From: a virus
Lineage: Duplodnaviria; Caudoviricetes
DNA: 27,548 bases
IMG/VR virus record: IMGVR_UViG_3300020151_000971
Span: 1-27,548 of that record
Strand: one strand, 5' to 3'
The translations under genes were made by a program, and so were the position numbers. Under the pieces are notes generated by a model. The model searched no databases, was not told the DNA's origin, and saw nothing but the letters and a program-made list of their open reading frames with translations. The number at the start of each line of letters is the position of its first letter. Position 1 is the stretch's first letter. Below are positions 1 through 9,325 of this stretch, in pieces.

Positions 1-3000
1 TAATGAGATTCTTCATTTAAAGTTTCTGTAAAAGGAGTAGAACCTGATGTATAATTTATTACAGAAGGAAAAGTATAGGTATTTGCAGGATAGTTTATTG
101 TAGAACCACTCATTAGAGTAGAATAATCCCACGCTAAAGAAAGGTCAAGATCTAAAACTCCTTTTCTTATTTGAATATTATATTGTTGTGGATTTTCTTG
201 ATTACTTGCTAATGTAGGATGTTCCCAGTTTATTGTCAATGTGCCATCTGGATTTAAACCAGTTGTGCTTAATTCTGTAACAGCAACAGGAACACATTCA
301 AGATTATTACCTCCACCACCTGTGCTTCCACATGGATAGTAAGGAACACCTGAAGGATCATCAAAAAGTAGATCATCTCTCAAAGGGATATAATCTTTCT
401 TTGTAAAGTATACTAATTCATATTGAGGATCATAGACGGCCTGTACTCCAATACCTGCAACAGGGTTGTCATAAAGTGGATAATCAGGATATGCACGTAA
501 AAGTTTAGAAGGCAAGTTATCTGCAAACCAAAACTTCATACCATTTCTTGAGATTTCATTTAAACCTCCAGAGTATTGCATAATCTTACCAGACTTCTGA
601 GAAGCATAAAACAAACCATAAGGAGTGTTTACTGCAGACCTAGAAGAAATACATGAAGCATACTCAATAGTGTCATCTGCGTTTGCAAGACTTTGCATGT
701 TTTGTTGAAACAATCCTCCATCACCAATAGTAATTTTTACACCACCTTTTGTTTGCAATTGATCAACTCCAATAAATTGTGTAGGTTCTGCATTTTCAAA
801 TAAAATAACAGCTCCTGATCCATTTAAAGACTTTATTGTGCTGACTCTTCCAAGATCTTTAAAGTTAAGAGGTAGGAAGTTTCTCCAGTTGTCTCGTTTA
901 AGACCTGACTGTTGTGGCAGAGAATACACTGCGCGCTCAGGGTAGTACTCAAAACATGTTGAGTAGAGTAATGGGTTATAGTCCCGTGGTAGTAATTGTC
1001 CCCAGGTTGCAAAGTTGTTGAATAATTTTGATGTACTGAGTGATAAGTCATACTTGTTATAAATTGGTTTTGTTATTAAATCTGATCTAAACATGGTCTG
1101 CTCATCATTAAATGAATTACCATATACATCATAGAATTTTTGAAAGTCTTCCTCACCATAATCTCTAAAAGCCATGTTAAGTTCAGACTCTGTGTAAAAG
1201 TCTCTAATGCCATTGTGAAACAAGTAAGCAAAACAGTTTCTCAATGTCCATGTGCCTGTTCCACCAGCTCTATCCATTCTGTGAAAATCACTTGGCGTTG
1301 TAAAATCAAGTTGTGGCACAATCCCTAAAAATCCACCCAATGATATATCTACATCAAAATCTGTAACATCAAATTTATCAAAGTTTATCCAATATCTTGG
1401 AACTGGTCCATTAATATAATTTCTATAATCATACTCAGTTCCTGTTGGCAAATCATACATCCATGTGTTAAAAAACATAAATGGATTTTTTTCAGTATAT
1501 CTGTTTATATAAACATCACCTCCAAATACTGAAGATGTACTATATGATGTAGCTATTTGTGGTTCTGTAGTATAAATACAAGAGTCTGTGGGTAACTGAA
1601 CAATTGATGTCAATTGTCCATATTGATTTTCAAAATCAACTTTTAATGCACCATAGTAAGCAACAGTATTTGTTTGCACTGTGCTTGAAGATGGATTAGA
1701 ACGATTAACACCGCCATCTTGAACTCTATGTTTTGTATTGTCTACAGTAGACACTGGATTTGGTAAATCAGCAGTAGTCTTTATAGCAACGTATTTGTTT
1801 CTGTTTAAATTATTAATTCTATATGTTGCGTCAAAATCATGAATACCAGAACCAATGTATTTGGAACCACTGCTTGCAACTTTTCTTCTAAATGCTTGAG
1901 CATATCCACTAGGTACTGCAGAGTTAGATACATTTGAATAGCTGTCATAAAAACCATGACTGTTGTACTGAAGCATGTATTGTCTGTCTTTACCAAGTTT
2001 TCTAAATATATCTAATGCTTGATCTGTTCCTTGACCCCAGTAGTAAGCACCACTTACAATCATTAAACCAATACCTGTAATTGTTGTTGCTAATTGACCA
2101 GATCCCCAAAGACTTAAACCACTTGTTATACCATTTAATGCAAGATCTGGAATTACAGATGCAGGCCCTGCTTCTCTTGATGCTTCTGCACCACCAACAT
2201 AAGCACCAGTTCCAAGAGCAAGTGCCCATGGATCATTTTTTGAAGTATATGTAGTTTTACCTACAGATGAAACTAATGCAATTCCTAAACCAACAACACC
2301 AGCTGTTACAAATGCTCCATCTGTAATCAACACATGTTTTGGGTGCTTGTATGGATATTCAAACTTTCCTACGACCTTACCTCTTTCTTCTGTGTATATT
2401 TTTACATAGTTAGTTCCAAGATATGGTTTAACAAAATTTGTTTCAACTGCGTGAAATGAAAAGTAATTCTTTTTGTGGGTATTTAGTTTAGCTGCAGATT
2501 CTACACCATTTTGACTTCCCTTACCTTCATCAAGTACTGAGTAATCATTAGTCAAAAAACTATCTGGTCTAATGTCATTGTAAGGATAGTTTTGAAACAA
2601 GCCTTTTCTAGTGCTGCCTTGAATGTCAAATTCAAACATGTTGTTAAACAACCCCTTTGCAACAATTGATCTGTTTCCTTCTCTTGATCCTCTTAGTATT
2701 TCATAACCAATAATATCAGCAATAGGTACAAGATTTTCATCTACAGGATGCTGAATGTTTGAAAACTCAACTCCTAAGTTAATAATGCGATCCCCACCTT
2801 GATTGTGAATGTGTATTGTTTCATTTGATGGCATCTTGTGGTGTCTGATATTCTTACCACACAATTCTCCCCAAACTTCAGGATTGTCATCAGGATATCT
2901 TTCAGTAGATTCCCAGTATGCCATATCACCTTTGGCAATAATTACACCATCATCTTTAGCAATACCTGATGCTAAATATTTTGTTGACGTATCATATACC

Positions 3001-4241
3001 TGCCATGCTTGTGTTTCTGTAGGATAAACAACATCTGGTCCACTAACAGCTAATGAATCTGAAGCTGTCTGTACTCTACCAGGAATGTGAAAAGAAGCAC
3101 TTCTTGCTCCTGTCTTGTAAACCCATCTAATAAAAAATGCGTATACTTCATCACGCAAGTAACCTGTAACATTTCCAGCTCCATAGTAATAGTCAGCTGG
3201 ATATTCTGCAGCAGACCATTCTACTTTAATGTCATTTGCTTGTTTTTGATAATTAAAATAAGGCTGTGTAGTTACTGCTGTTCTAATAAGGTAGTCACCT
3301 ACAGTGTGCATTTTCTCACTAGTCTCATAAATAATAGACTTTAAAGGAATTAACGCAAGCTCTACTGTTGGTAAACTTTGATTGTATAAATCAAGGTTAA
3401 CATTTTTCTGACGAATAGAATAATATCCTATTCTTTTGGCAATAGTTTGCTGATTAATTACAGCAATAATTACCAACTCATATTCTTCAAAATCTTGGTC
3501 TAAGTTTTCAATTGTAATATCCAATGCTCCACCAATACCTGTGTGGTCCCACAATGCTTGTGGTTGACTAGGAATTGAATAGTCTGTAAGTCTAATTCCA
3601 TTTTCAGAATAAGCTACAACAGCCATGTAACTTCCATTATTTAGCTGACCTGAACCCTGTGCTTTTTTAACATTTATGCAAGGTTGTGTAACTAATGGAT
3701 GTAATCTCAGCGCATCACAATCTAGCTGATCTGTATATTCAGGAACAAAGCAATCTGGATCTTGTGATAAGTTATTACCTGTTGTTTTATAAGGAACATT
3801 ATCAAGATTTAAAACTCTATCTGGATTTAATGCATCTGCAAAGTATACAGAATTTGTACAATCATAGTTAGCTTTTACAATTGCAGAAATCAAATGTGTT
3901 TTTCTAAAACCCAAACATGGATCATTTACAGTTTCATTGTAACTGCAATCTCTTTCATCAAATACTCCAATTTCAGAAGAAACACCATTTGTTGAGAATA
4001 TTACCCAACTTGTTTCCCCCATGTGAGCGTGACCAATAATATCATATGTAGCATCTGTACAAAACTTGTTTGAGGGTTCATTGCCTATAGAACCAGTCTC
4101 ACCATAGTGCGCATTGTTAATTGCGTTCACAGCGTTTGTCCACAATCCCTCAGAAATGTAGATGTCAGTATAGTCTTTGACCATACCTTTATTGAAAGCG
4201 TTAACTTTCGCTGTGCTAGTATTTGTAAAGTTTTGGCTCAT
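1..4241 (-). CDS. Large tail protein, crAss-like tail stabilisation/muzzle-type protein (>1413 aa, C-terminus beyond window)
   Basis: Not in the ORF track. ATG at 4241-4239 overlaps the upstream stop (TAATG). Reads MSQNFTNTSTAKVNAFNKGMVKDYTDIYISEGLWTNAVNAINN...GSIGNEPSN. The frame was open in every segment I translated (1-60, 780-960, 2040-2340, 4020-4241), and its absence from the track fits no stop before the edge. The N-terminal F-x-K-G-M-x-x-D motif and the position after the ring genes match crAss-like stabilisation proteins. Confidence 0.8.
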   Translation of the reverse strand, partial: MSQNFTNTSTAKVNAFNKGMVKDYTDIYISEGLWTNAVNAINNAHYGETGSIGNEPSNKFCTDATYDIIGHAHMGETSWVIFSTNGVSSEIGVFDERDCSYNETVNDPCLGFRKTHLISAIVKANYDCTNSVYFADALNPDRVLNLDNVPYKTTGNNLSQDPDCFVPEYTDQLDCDALRLHPLVTQPCINVKKAQGSGQLNNGSYMAVVAYSENGIRLTDYSIPSQPQALWDHTGIGGALDITIENLDQDFEEYELVIIAVINQQTIAKRIGYYSIRQKNVNLDLYNQSLPTVELALIPLKSIIYETSEKMHTVGDYLIRTAVTTQPYFNYQKQANDIKVEWSAAEYPADYYYGAGNVTGYLRDEVYAFFIRWVYKTGARSASFHIPGRVQTASDSLAVSGPDVVYPTETQAWQVYDTSTKYLASGIAKDDGVIIAKGDMAYWESTERYPDDNPEVWGELCGKNIRHHKMPSNETIHIHNQGGDRIINLGVEFSNIQHPVDENLVPIADIIGYEILRGSREGNRSIVAKGLFNNMFEFDIQGSTRKGLFQNYPYNDIRPDSFLTNDYSVLDEGKGSQNGVESAAKLNTHKKNYFSFHAVETNFVKPYLGTNYVKIYTEERGKVVGKFEYPYKHPKHVLITDGAFVTAGVVGLGIALVSSVGKTTYTSKNDPWALALGTGAYVGGAEASREAGPASVIPDLALNGITSGLSLWGSGQLATTITGIGLMIVSGAYYWGQGTDQALDIFRKLGKDRQYMLQYNSHGFYDSYSNVSNSAVPSGYAQAFRRKVASSGSKYIGSGIHDFDATYRINNLNRNKYVAIKTTADLPNPVSTVDNTKHRVQDGGVNRSNPSSSTVQTNTVAYYGALKVDFENQYGQLTSIVQLPTDSCIYTTEPQIATSYSTSSVFGGDVYINRYTEKNPFMFFNTWMYDLPTGTEYDYRNYINGPVPRYWINFDKFDVTDFDVDISLGGFLGIVPQLDFTTPSDFHRMDRAGGTGTWTLRNCFAYLFHNGIRDFYTESELNMAFRDYGEEDFQKFYDVYGNSFNDEQTMFRSDLITKPIYNKYDLSLSTSKLFNNFATWGQLLPRDYNPLLYSTCFEYYPERAVYSLPQQSGLKRDNWRNFLPLNFKDLGRVSTIKSLNGSGAVILFENAEPTQFIGVDQLQTKGGVKITIGDGGLFQQNMQSLANADDTIEYASCISSRSAVNTPYGLFYASQKSGKIMQYSGGLNEISRNGMKFWFADNLPSKLLRAYPDYPLYDNPVAGIGVQAVYDPQYELVYFTKKDYIPLRDDLLFDDPSGVPYYPCGSTGGGGNNLECVPVAVTELSTTGLNPDGTLTINWEHPTLASNQENPQQYNIQIRKGVLDLDLSLAWDYSTLMSGSTINYPANTYTFPSVINYTSGSTPFTETLNEESH

Positions 4242-4600
4242 TACTCTTTAATGTTGTATTTTTTCTGACGTAAAACTCTATATATCTTTTCTGTTAGATG
4301 CCCAACCAACCATGCTGTTGATTCTTCATCTGTTATACTGATATCTGTCAATATTCTTGTAGCCAAGTGATATACCTCATGAGATATAAGATTAATGCTA
4401 AGTTTATCTTCTACATATACAATATAGTACTCCCTTTTATTTTTTTCAGTAAGATCAAATACACAACCATAACTGTCTAAAACATCAATAAGGACACCTG
4501 GTTTTTTATCCAAGTACGCTTGCATGCGCTCCATTGTGGGTACAACAAACAAGTTTATTTCTGTTTCGTAAATAGGAAGTGAAATCCTTTTCTTGAACAT
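4241..4600 (-). CDS. Small HExxH-motif protein (zincin-like, putative metallopeptidase)
   Basis: 119 aa with ISHEVYHL followed by DEESTAWLVG (possible third ligand E). Coupled to the next gene by a TAATG overlap. Confidence 0.6.
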   Translation of the reverse strand: MFKKRISLPIYETEINLFVVPTMERMQAYLDKKPGVLIDVLDSYGCVFDLTEKNKREYYIVYVEDKLSINLISHEVYHLATRILTDISITDEESTAWLVGHLTEKIYRVLRQKKYNIKE

Positions 4601-4615
4601 ATTTTTTACTTATTA

Positions 4616-5716
4616 TCAGATTCTACTTTTAAACATATTGTAATAGTTGTGATACTGTGCTTTTCTATTCAGCTCCCATGTTTTTCTCAGCTCCCTAAAA
4701 TCAGGTGTGTTGATAAATGACAATGCGTTGTTACGAGCAGCTCTAAGCTTTTGCTCAACAAGTTGTAAATAGTTAAGTACATTTTCACCACCCATGTACA
4801 GGTTCTCATAAATTCTTTGCTTTAAAGCATACTCATAGTATTCATTTACTAAAGGATGCTCCATAACAAGTAAGTTTCCTTTATCATCTTCCATAAGACT
4901 TTGATAGTTTATGTAGACAACACCTTCATCAAAATTTGTAACAAGAAATCCATTTTTAATGTAAGCAACTTTAGGATCATGACTATTTACATTAAAACAA
5001 TCAGCTGATACAGATTTACTCTTTTCAATTCTCAACGGAATCAAATGAGTGTACTCATATCTTCTACCATTAATGTTGTATGCTACTGTTTTCTTTCCAT
5101 TAGAGTCACTGATGATTTCAGCACTTGTGCCTCCGCTTGTTGTTGCAACAGTGTTACCACCCATCACAACAATTCTTACCTCTGTGATAATTTGACTTGA
5201 GTCTGAAATCAATTCAAAACTATTGTTGTCTAAATGATGAATATCAAAAGTAAGCAAGTTACCATCAACACTTAATGCTTGTACAATCACGTTGGCAGTA
5301 CCAACATTGTGCACAATAACATTTATTCCTGGCAAAATTGTTCTGATAACACTATACTGTCTTACGTTACTTCCTCCTGTTAACTTAAACATTTTTTGAG
5401 CAAGCAATACACCTTCCAGCATACCTTCAGTATAAGTCTTAGAACGTTCTTGAATTTGGTATGTATTATGACCTTCGCATACTAAAGCAAAATTTAACAC
5501 ATAAAAATCTAGTGGTAGTTTACCTTTTCCTTTATGTATTTCAATTGCCTTTGAGCGTGATGGATTTATTTTTAAACCTAGGTCATAGTTTACCTTCATT
5601 GCAACTTTGATTAGTTGCTGTGGATCTATTGAACTTTCCAGGTCATATGTGCGCATGTCTATCTTGACACTCTCAAGTAGTTCATCAAAATCTTTATATT
5701 GTACTTCTGTCAACAT
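4616..5716 (-). CDS. Putative tail ring/tubular structural protein with an inserted beta-domain
   Basis: 366 aa; 'GKGKLPLDF', 'GFLVTNFDEGVVYINY..LMEDDKGNLLV..HP...EYYEYALKQRI' resemble crAss-like tail tubular proteins. Lies just upstream of the muzzle-like gene. Confidence 0.6.
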   Translation of the reverse strand: MLTEVQYKDFDELLESVKIDMRTYDLESSIDPQQLIKVAMKVNYDLGLKINPSRSKAIEIHKGKGKLPLDFYVLNFALVCEGHNTYQIQERSKTYTEGMLEGVLLAQKMFKLTGGSNVRQYSVIRTILPGINVIVHNVGTANVIVQALSVDGNLLTFDIHHLDNNSFELISDSSQIITEVRIVVMGGNTVATTSGGTSAEIISDSNGKKTVAYNINGRRYEYTHLIPLRIEKSKSVSADCFNVNSHDPKVAYIKNGFLVTNFDEGVVYINYQSLMEDDKGNLLVMEHPLVNEYYEYALKQRIYENLYMGGENVLNYLQLVEQKLRAARNNALSFINTPDFRELRKTWELNRKAQYHNYYNMFKSRI

Positions 5717-5734
5717 AGCATTTTAAATTATAAA

Positions 5735-6406
5735 TTATCTTACAATATGTTTGAGATCCTGTGCCGTATCTTGAGGTATCTGAAGCATAATGCCTAAATC
5801 TCTCATTACAAATTGCTCAATCTCAGGGAATAAATACTCTGGGACATTGAAATTTGTATCCTGAATGTAATCACAATCATCTTCAGGGTCACAGTTATAT
5901 TTTGAAATGTCACCTTCAAACACACCTTCAAGTCTAATTGCATCCCACTCTAAGTTTGGAAAATACAAGTATCCATCCAGATACCAGTAGTATTTCTTTT
6001 TGTTATACTTAAAAGTTCTCTGTCTTTCCATTTGTTGAAAAGTAGTTGGGTATGTGCTTGTCAAGTCTTCTGACAAATCAAGTGAGGTTACTGCTCTAAT
6101 CAAAGGACCCCAGTATCCATCATATAGTTCAGGAAGTTTGTCTTTGGTTCTTTTAAAATAGCAACCAGTATCAACACCAATGCATTGAGCCTGTGCTCTG
6201 TCTACTTCTATCAATTCAACAAAATCAAGTGCTTGAAAAACTGATTGATATTTCATGATGCGATTCAAGTTGTCTTGTCTACGCATCATTAATTTTGCAT
6301 GTTTGTTTATCAAAGAGTATAAAAAACGATCAGTCAGAAAAGCATCTTGCTTGACTGACTTGACTTGGTTACGCACCCTTGATAATACTTCACCTATTGT
6401 AATCAT
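5735..6406 (-). CDS. Putative tail ring/adaptor structural protein
   Basis: 223 aa; motifs 'RT..KLP', 'YYWYLDGYLY', 'GVFE', C-terminal 'PQD..QD'. Position between the IHF-like gene and the tail genes matches crAss-like gene order. Confidence 0.6.
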   Translation of the reverse strand: MITIGEVLSRVRNQVKSVKQDAFLTDRFLYSLINKHAKLMMRRQDNLNRIMKYQSVFQALDFVELIEVDRAQAQCIGVDTGCYFKRTKDKLPELYDGYWGPLIRAVTSLDLSEDLTSTYPTTFQQMERQRTFKYNKKKYYWYLDGYLYFPNLEWDAIRLEGVFEGDISKYNCDPEDDCDYIQDTNFNVPEYLFPEIEQFVMRDLGIMLQIPQDTAQDLKHIVR

Positions 6407-6409
6407 CTT

Positions 6410-6991
6410 TTATAATTCAAATTCGTTATACAATGTTATATTCTTTTCAGCATCCTTAGCTCTATTCATTTCATATGCATTAGCTCTAAACATGCTAGAT
6501 ATTTTAATTTTAGGATCAACCTCTACATACTGTTTCCATTTTTGTGGGTATGTTTTGCCAACCATTCTTTTAAAGTCTCTTGTAGCAACAAACCCCCACA
6601 GCTCATGATTTTTAAACCTGTATTTTGTACCATACGTAGTGTAAAAAATCTTTGCCAGGTATTGGTCACTCTCCCAATTGCGATGTTGAATTACTTTCAA
6701 GTACTCAGCACTTGTTTTAAAATCAACGTTTGGTTTACGCTTTGGAGGACATGTCCCTATGAATAGATGCCCTATTTGCTCAGGTATCTCTACGCCATCT
6801 CTGTTTTCTATAGCAGCTGACCAGAGATCTCCATTAAAAGTGTGAATGATTTTTTTAATCTGTTCAGCACTAAGATCTTTGGCAGAAGGCACTTTTTGCT
6901 TTAGCAACTCAATAAAGTCTGAGTTTAAAGTTCCTTGAGCACTGCGTCTAAAACGAGGAGCATTGAGATTTGGCTTTTTTGCTTCTTTCAT
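6410..6991 (-). CDS. IHF/HU-like DNA-binding protein of crAss-like phages
   Basis: 193 aa, basic; helices followed by 'AIENRDGVEIPEQIGHLFI', similar to the HU/IHF beta-hairpin. An IHF-like gene before the tail genes is typical of the group. Confidence 0.55.
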   Translation of the reverse strand: MKEAKKPNLNAPRFRRSAQGTLNSDFIELLKQKVPSAKDLSAEQIKKIIHTFNGDLWSAAIENRDGVEIPEQIGHLFIGTCPPKRKPNVDFKTSAEYLKVIQHRNWESDQYLAKIFYTTYGTKYRFKNHELWGFVATRDFKRMVGKTYPQKWKQYVEVDPKIKISSMFRANAYEMNRAKDAEKNITLYNEFEL

Positions 6992-6998
6992 ATGTTAC

Positions 6999-7019
6999 CT
7001 ACAATAAGAATTTACTAAA
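6999..7019 (-). promoter_or_regulatory. Candidate phage late-promoter motif, copy 1
   Basis: Minus-strand TTTAGTAAATTCTTATTGTAG; 18/21 identical to the copy at 14769-14789; intergenic, ends 7 nt before the ATG at 6991. Confidence 0.55.
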
Positions 7020-7053
7020 TTTTTGCGACATTTTAAAGAACTTCTTTGATTAA

Positions 7054-8400
7054 TTAGACACTATACGTAAATTCACTGATAAGTCCCTTCTTAGAATCAT
7101 GAATATGAATCAGCGCAGAACGTGTGTTTCCAACAAATTTGTTGTGATAGTGGTAGTAATCAGAGGATGTTAAAGCAGGTATGATTCTGCTAACAAAACC
7201 ATTCTCTTCATTTTCAGTAATTATCTTGGTGGTTCTTCTTCCATGATAGTGTCCTGTGTAAAGCATTCTATATTCAGAAGATCCCCACTCTACAGGAAAT
7301 TCAATAGCATAAACCAAAGGGTTGTTCTTTGCTGTAACGTCACCATGTTCAAAACAAAGCATGTTAGTTCCATAAGTCAACACCTTTCTCTCAGCATAGT
7401 TTACGTTAAACTCAATTCCATCCCAACCTTTGAATGCTTGAGATACAGCATGAAGTAAGTGAAATGAACTCAACCTGTCATGATTACCTGGAATGAATAG
7501 AATCTCAAGGGTCTCACAAAACTGTTTAGCTGTACCAATTGCTTTACAGATTGCATCAAACGCTTTAATGTAAGCATCTGTTGCCATCTCTGAGTTCTCA
7601 ACAGGAGTTCCTTTTGTGGTAGTTCCACCAAACGTGTCCATATTAAGCGTATCTGGGCCCACTACAAAGACTATCTTCTCCAATACATAGTTCCTATGAG
7701 CTTTGTCAATTAAGTAGCTTACAGCGTCATTTAAGACCTCTCCCATGTCTTCATTGTTTACCTTACCAAAATGCAAGTCCTGCAATGAAAGAACCCCACA
7801 TACTTTTTCTTGAGAACTTGTGTTCTGCCAAAAAGCTGCAGGGTCTAGTGGAGTTATTTGTGGAATTTGGTAAGTCTCAAGAAGATCTAGAAAATTATGT
7901 TGTGTTTTTTCTTCTTGAGCTATTCTAGTAACAAGTGCTGATACCAACCACTTAGTGCCTTTCTCTTTATTCCAGTATTGAGAAAGTTTCCACTTCTTAG
8001 TGTCAATCTTTAGAAGAGCAATAATCTCTTCAGCACTGCGTGGTTCTGTAGAAGATACACCTGTAATTCTACTTGTGCCTGACTCTAAGTTTTCATGAAT
8101 CTCAATTCTTTTAGAATCTTCTTCTTTATTGTGGTATCTGTCTTTAAAGTCAATGTCTAATTCTTGCTCTAATTCAAATAAAATTTCTTCATTAGATTTT
8201 GATTTAGATTTTTTTGCTAAATTTGACTCAACCATTTGAATGATTACAGAATCTATTTTGGAACCTGCATCATTTAATACTTTAATAATTTCTTCTTTTA
8301 TTTTTTGATAATGAGCATTTGAAATACCAATTCTCAATGATTCAGCTTCTGCTGATTTCTTTCTTTTTAAACTATGATAAACTGCTTCTATAATGTTCAT
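7054..8400 (-). CDS. Calcineurin-like metallophosphoesterase with an N-terminal helical extension
   Basis: All five motifs present: DLHFG, GPDTLNMD (variant of GDxxD), IPGNHD, FEHGD, TGHYH. Confidence 0.85.
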   Translation of the reverse strand: MNIIEAVYHSLKRKKSAEAESLRIGISNAHYQKIKEEIIKVLNDAGSKIDSVIIQMVESNLAKKSKSKSNEEILFELEQELDIDFKDRYHNKEEDSKRIEIHENLESGTSRITGVSSTEPRSAEEIIALLKIDTKKWKLSQYWNKEKGTKWLVSALVTRIAQEEKTQHNFLDLLETYQIPQITPLDPAAFWQNTSSQEKVCGVLSLQDLHFGKVNNEDMGEVLNDAVSYLIDKAHRNYVLEKIVFVVGPDTLNMDTFGGTTTKGTPVENSEMATDAYIKAFDAICKAIGTAKQFCETLEILFIPGNHDRLSSFHLLHAVSQAFKGWDGIEFNVNYAERKVLTYGTNMLCFEHGDVTAKNNPLVYAIEFPVEWGSSEYRMLYTGHYHGRRTTKIITENEENGFVSRIIPALTSSDYYHYHNKFVGNTRSALIHIHDSKKGLISEFTYSV

Positions 8401-8428
8401 GTTGAAAGTTTTAATAGATAATAATTAA

Positions 8429-8436
8429 CAAATGTA
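8429..8436 (-). promoter_or_regulatory. Bacteroidota sigma70-type -7 promoter element (TAnnTTTG)
   Basis: Minus-strand TACATTTG, 28 nt upstream of the phosphoesterase ATG and downstream of a terminator. No clear -33 TTTG element. Confidence 0.45.
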
Positions 8437-8477
8437 TGAAATTATTTAAAAAATAATACTAAACAGTCTTGGTTTTT

Positions 8478-8508
8478 AAAAAGATACCCCCAGCTCTCGC
8501 CAGGGGCA
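8478..8508 (-). terminator. Intrinsic terminator ending the Cys-rich gene block
   Basis: Minus-strand TGCCCCTGGC-GAGA-GCTGGGGGTA followed by TCTTTTT; 10-bp stem with G-U pairs and a GNRA loop. Confidence 0.75.
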
Positions 8509-8519
8509 CTTCTCTAACA

Positions 8520-8543
8520 AGTAGGAAAACCAACAAACCTACT
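8520..8543 (-). other. Hairpin with a U/G-rich loop immediately upstream of the terminator (candidate 3'-UTR regulatory RNA)
   Basis: Minus-strand AGTAGG-TTTGTTGGTTTT-CCTACT, perfect 6-bp stem. Confidence 0.45.
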
Positions 8544-8553
8544 CATCAATTTT

Positions 8554-9321
8554 TTACAAAATTATATTGTCAACTGTGTTATTATGACCAACTACAGCAG
8601 CTCCACAAATGTCAGCTCCTGATGGATAGTAAGCTCCAGTTAAACAAGGATCCATTTGACCATATGTTTGACCTGCAAAAACAGTAATTCCAAAAGTTTG
8701 GGTAGATGGGGAATTACATCCTGCTCCTTTTTGTGTCCAGTATACTTCAACATCAAATGTTGTGTCAACTGTTACAGATTGAGCTAATGTCATACCTGCT
8801 CCCATATAATCATCAATTGTACCGCCCATGCAAGGTTGCATGTATCCACTAACTGATTCAACATTTACAGTTTTAGGTTCATCACAAGGACCGTTCATTG
8901 TAACTGTAACTTCACTACCTGGTACTACAGAATTTTCTTGAGCACATATTGTTGATGAATCATATCCTGAAGCTCCACCAATTGTAACTGTTTGGTCTAA
9001 ACCTTCACAATCTATATAAGATGATGTTTGGCCACTAGCGGATGATGTAGACAATGTATATGAAATACATGGTACTGGACAAGAAACTGCTTCAGCAATA
9101 ACTGCTACCTCAACACTTTCTGTTGATGAGTATATATCAGCTGGGCAAAGTGATGTTACATTAACATCATAATCAACACCACATTGAATATTCTCTGTAA
9201 TAACAACAGGAGATGATGACACTGTTATGCATGTAAATGCAACTTCAATAACTGGTTTATAACAAACTGTATAGTTTGTAATGCCAGGAATTGTTGTAAA
9301 GCTTATCGTTATTGTTGCCAT
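8554..9321 (-). CDS. Cys/Thr-rich putative fibre-tip protein with an N-terminal FN3-like domain lacking strand A
   Basis: 255 aa; N-terminus MATITISFTTIPGITNYTVCY...CGVDYDVNVTSLCP is paralogous to that of 9326..9862, followed by further small Cys-containing beta-domains. Confidence 0.65.
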   Translation of the reverse strand: MATITISFTTIPGITNYTVCYKPVIEVAFTCITVSSSPVVITENIQCGVDYDVNVTSLCPADIYSSTESVEVAVIAEAVSCPVPCISYTLSTSSASGQTSSYIDCEGLDQTVTIGGASGYDSSTICAQENSVVPGSEVTVTMNGPCDEPKTVNVESVSGYMQPCMGGTIDDYMGAGMTLAQSVTVDTTFDVEVYWTQKGAGCNSPSTQTFGITVFAGQTYGQMDPCLTGAYYPSGADICGAAVVGHNNTVDNIIL

Positions 9322-9325
9322 AATT

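Noticed and set aside
833-3344. Short track ORFs (833..1051, 1140..1328, 1805..1996, 2002..2229, 2809..3027, 3087..3344)
   Set aside because: All are off-frame or antisense shadows of the long minus-strand gene starting at 4241.
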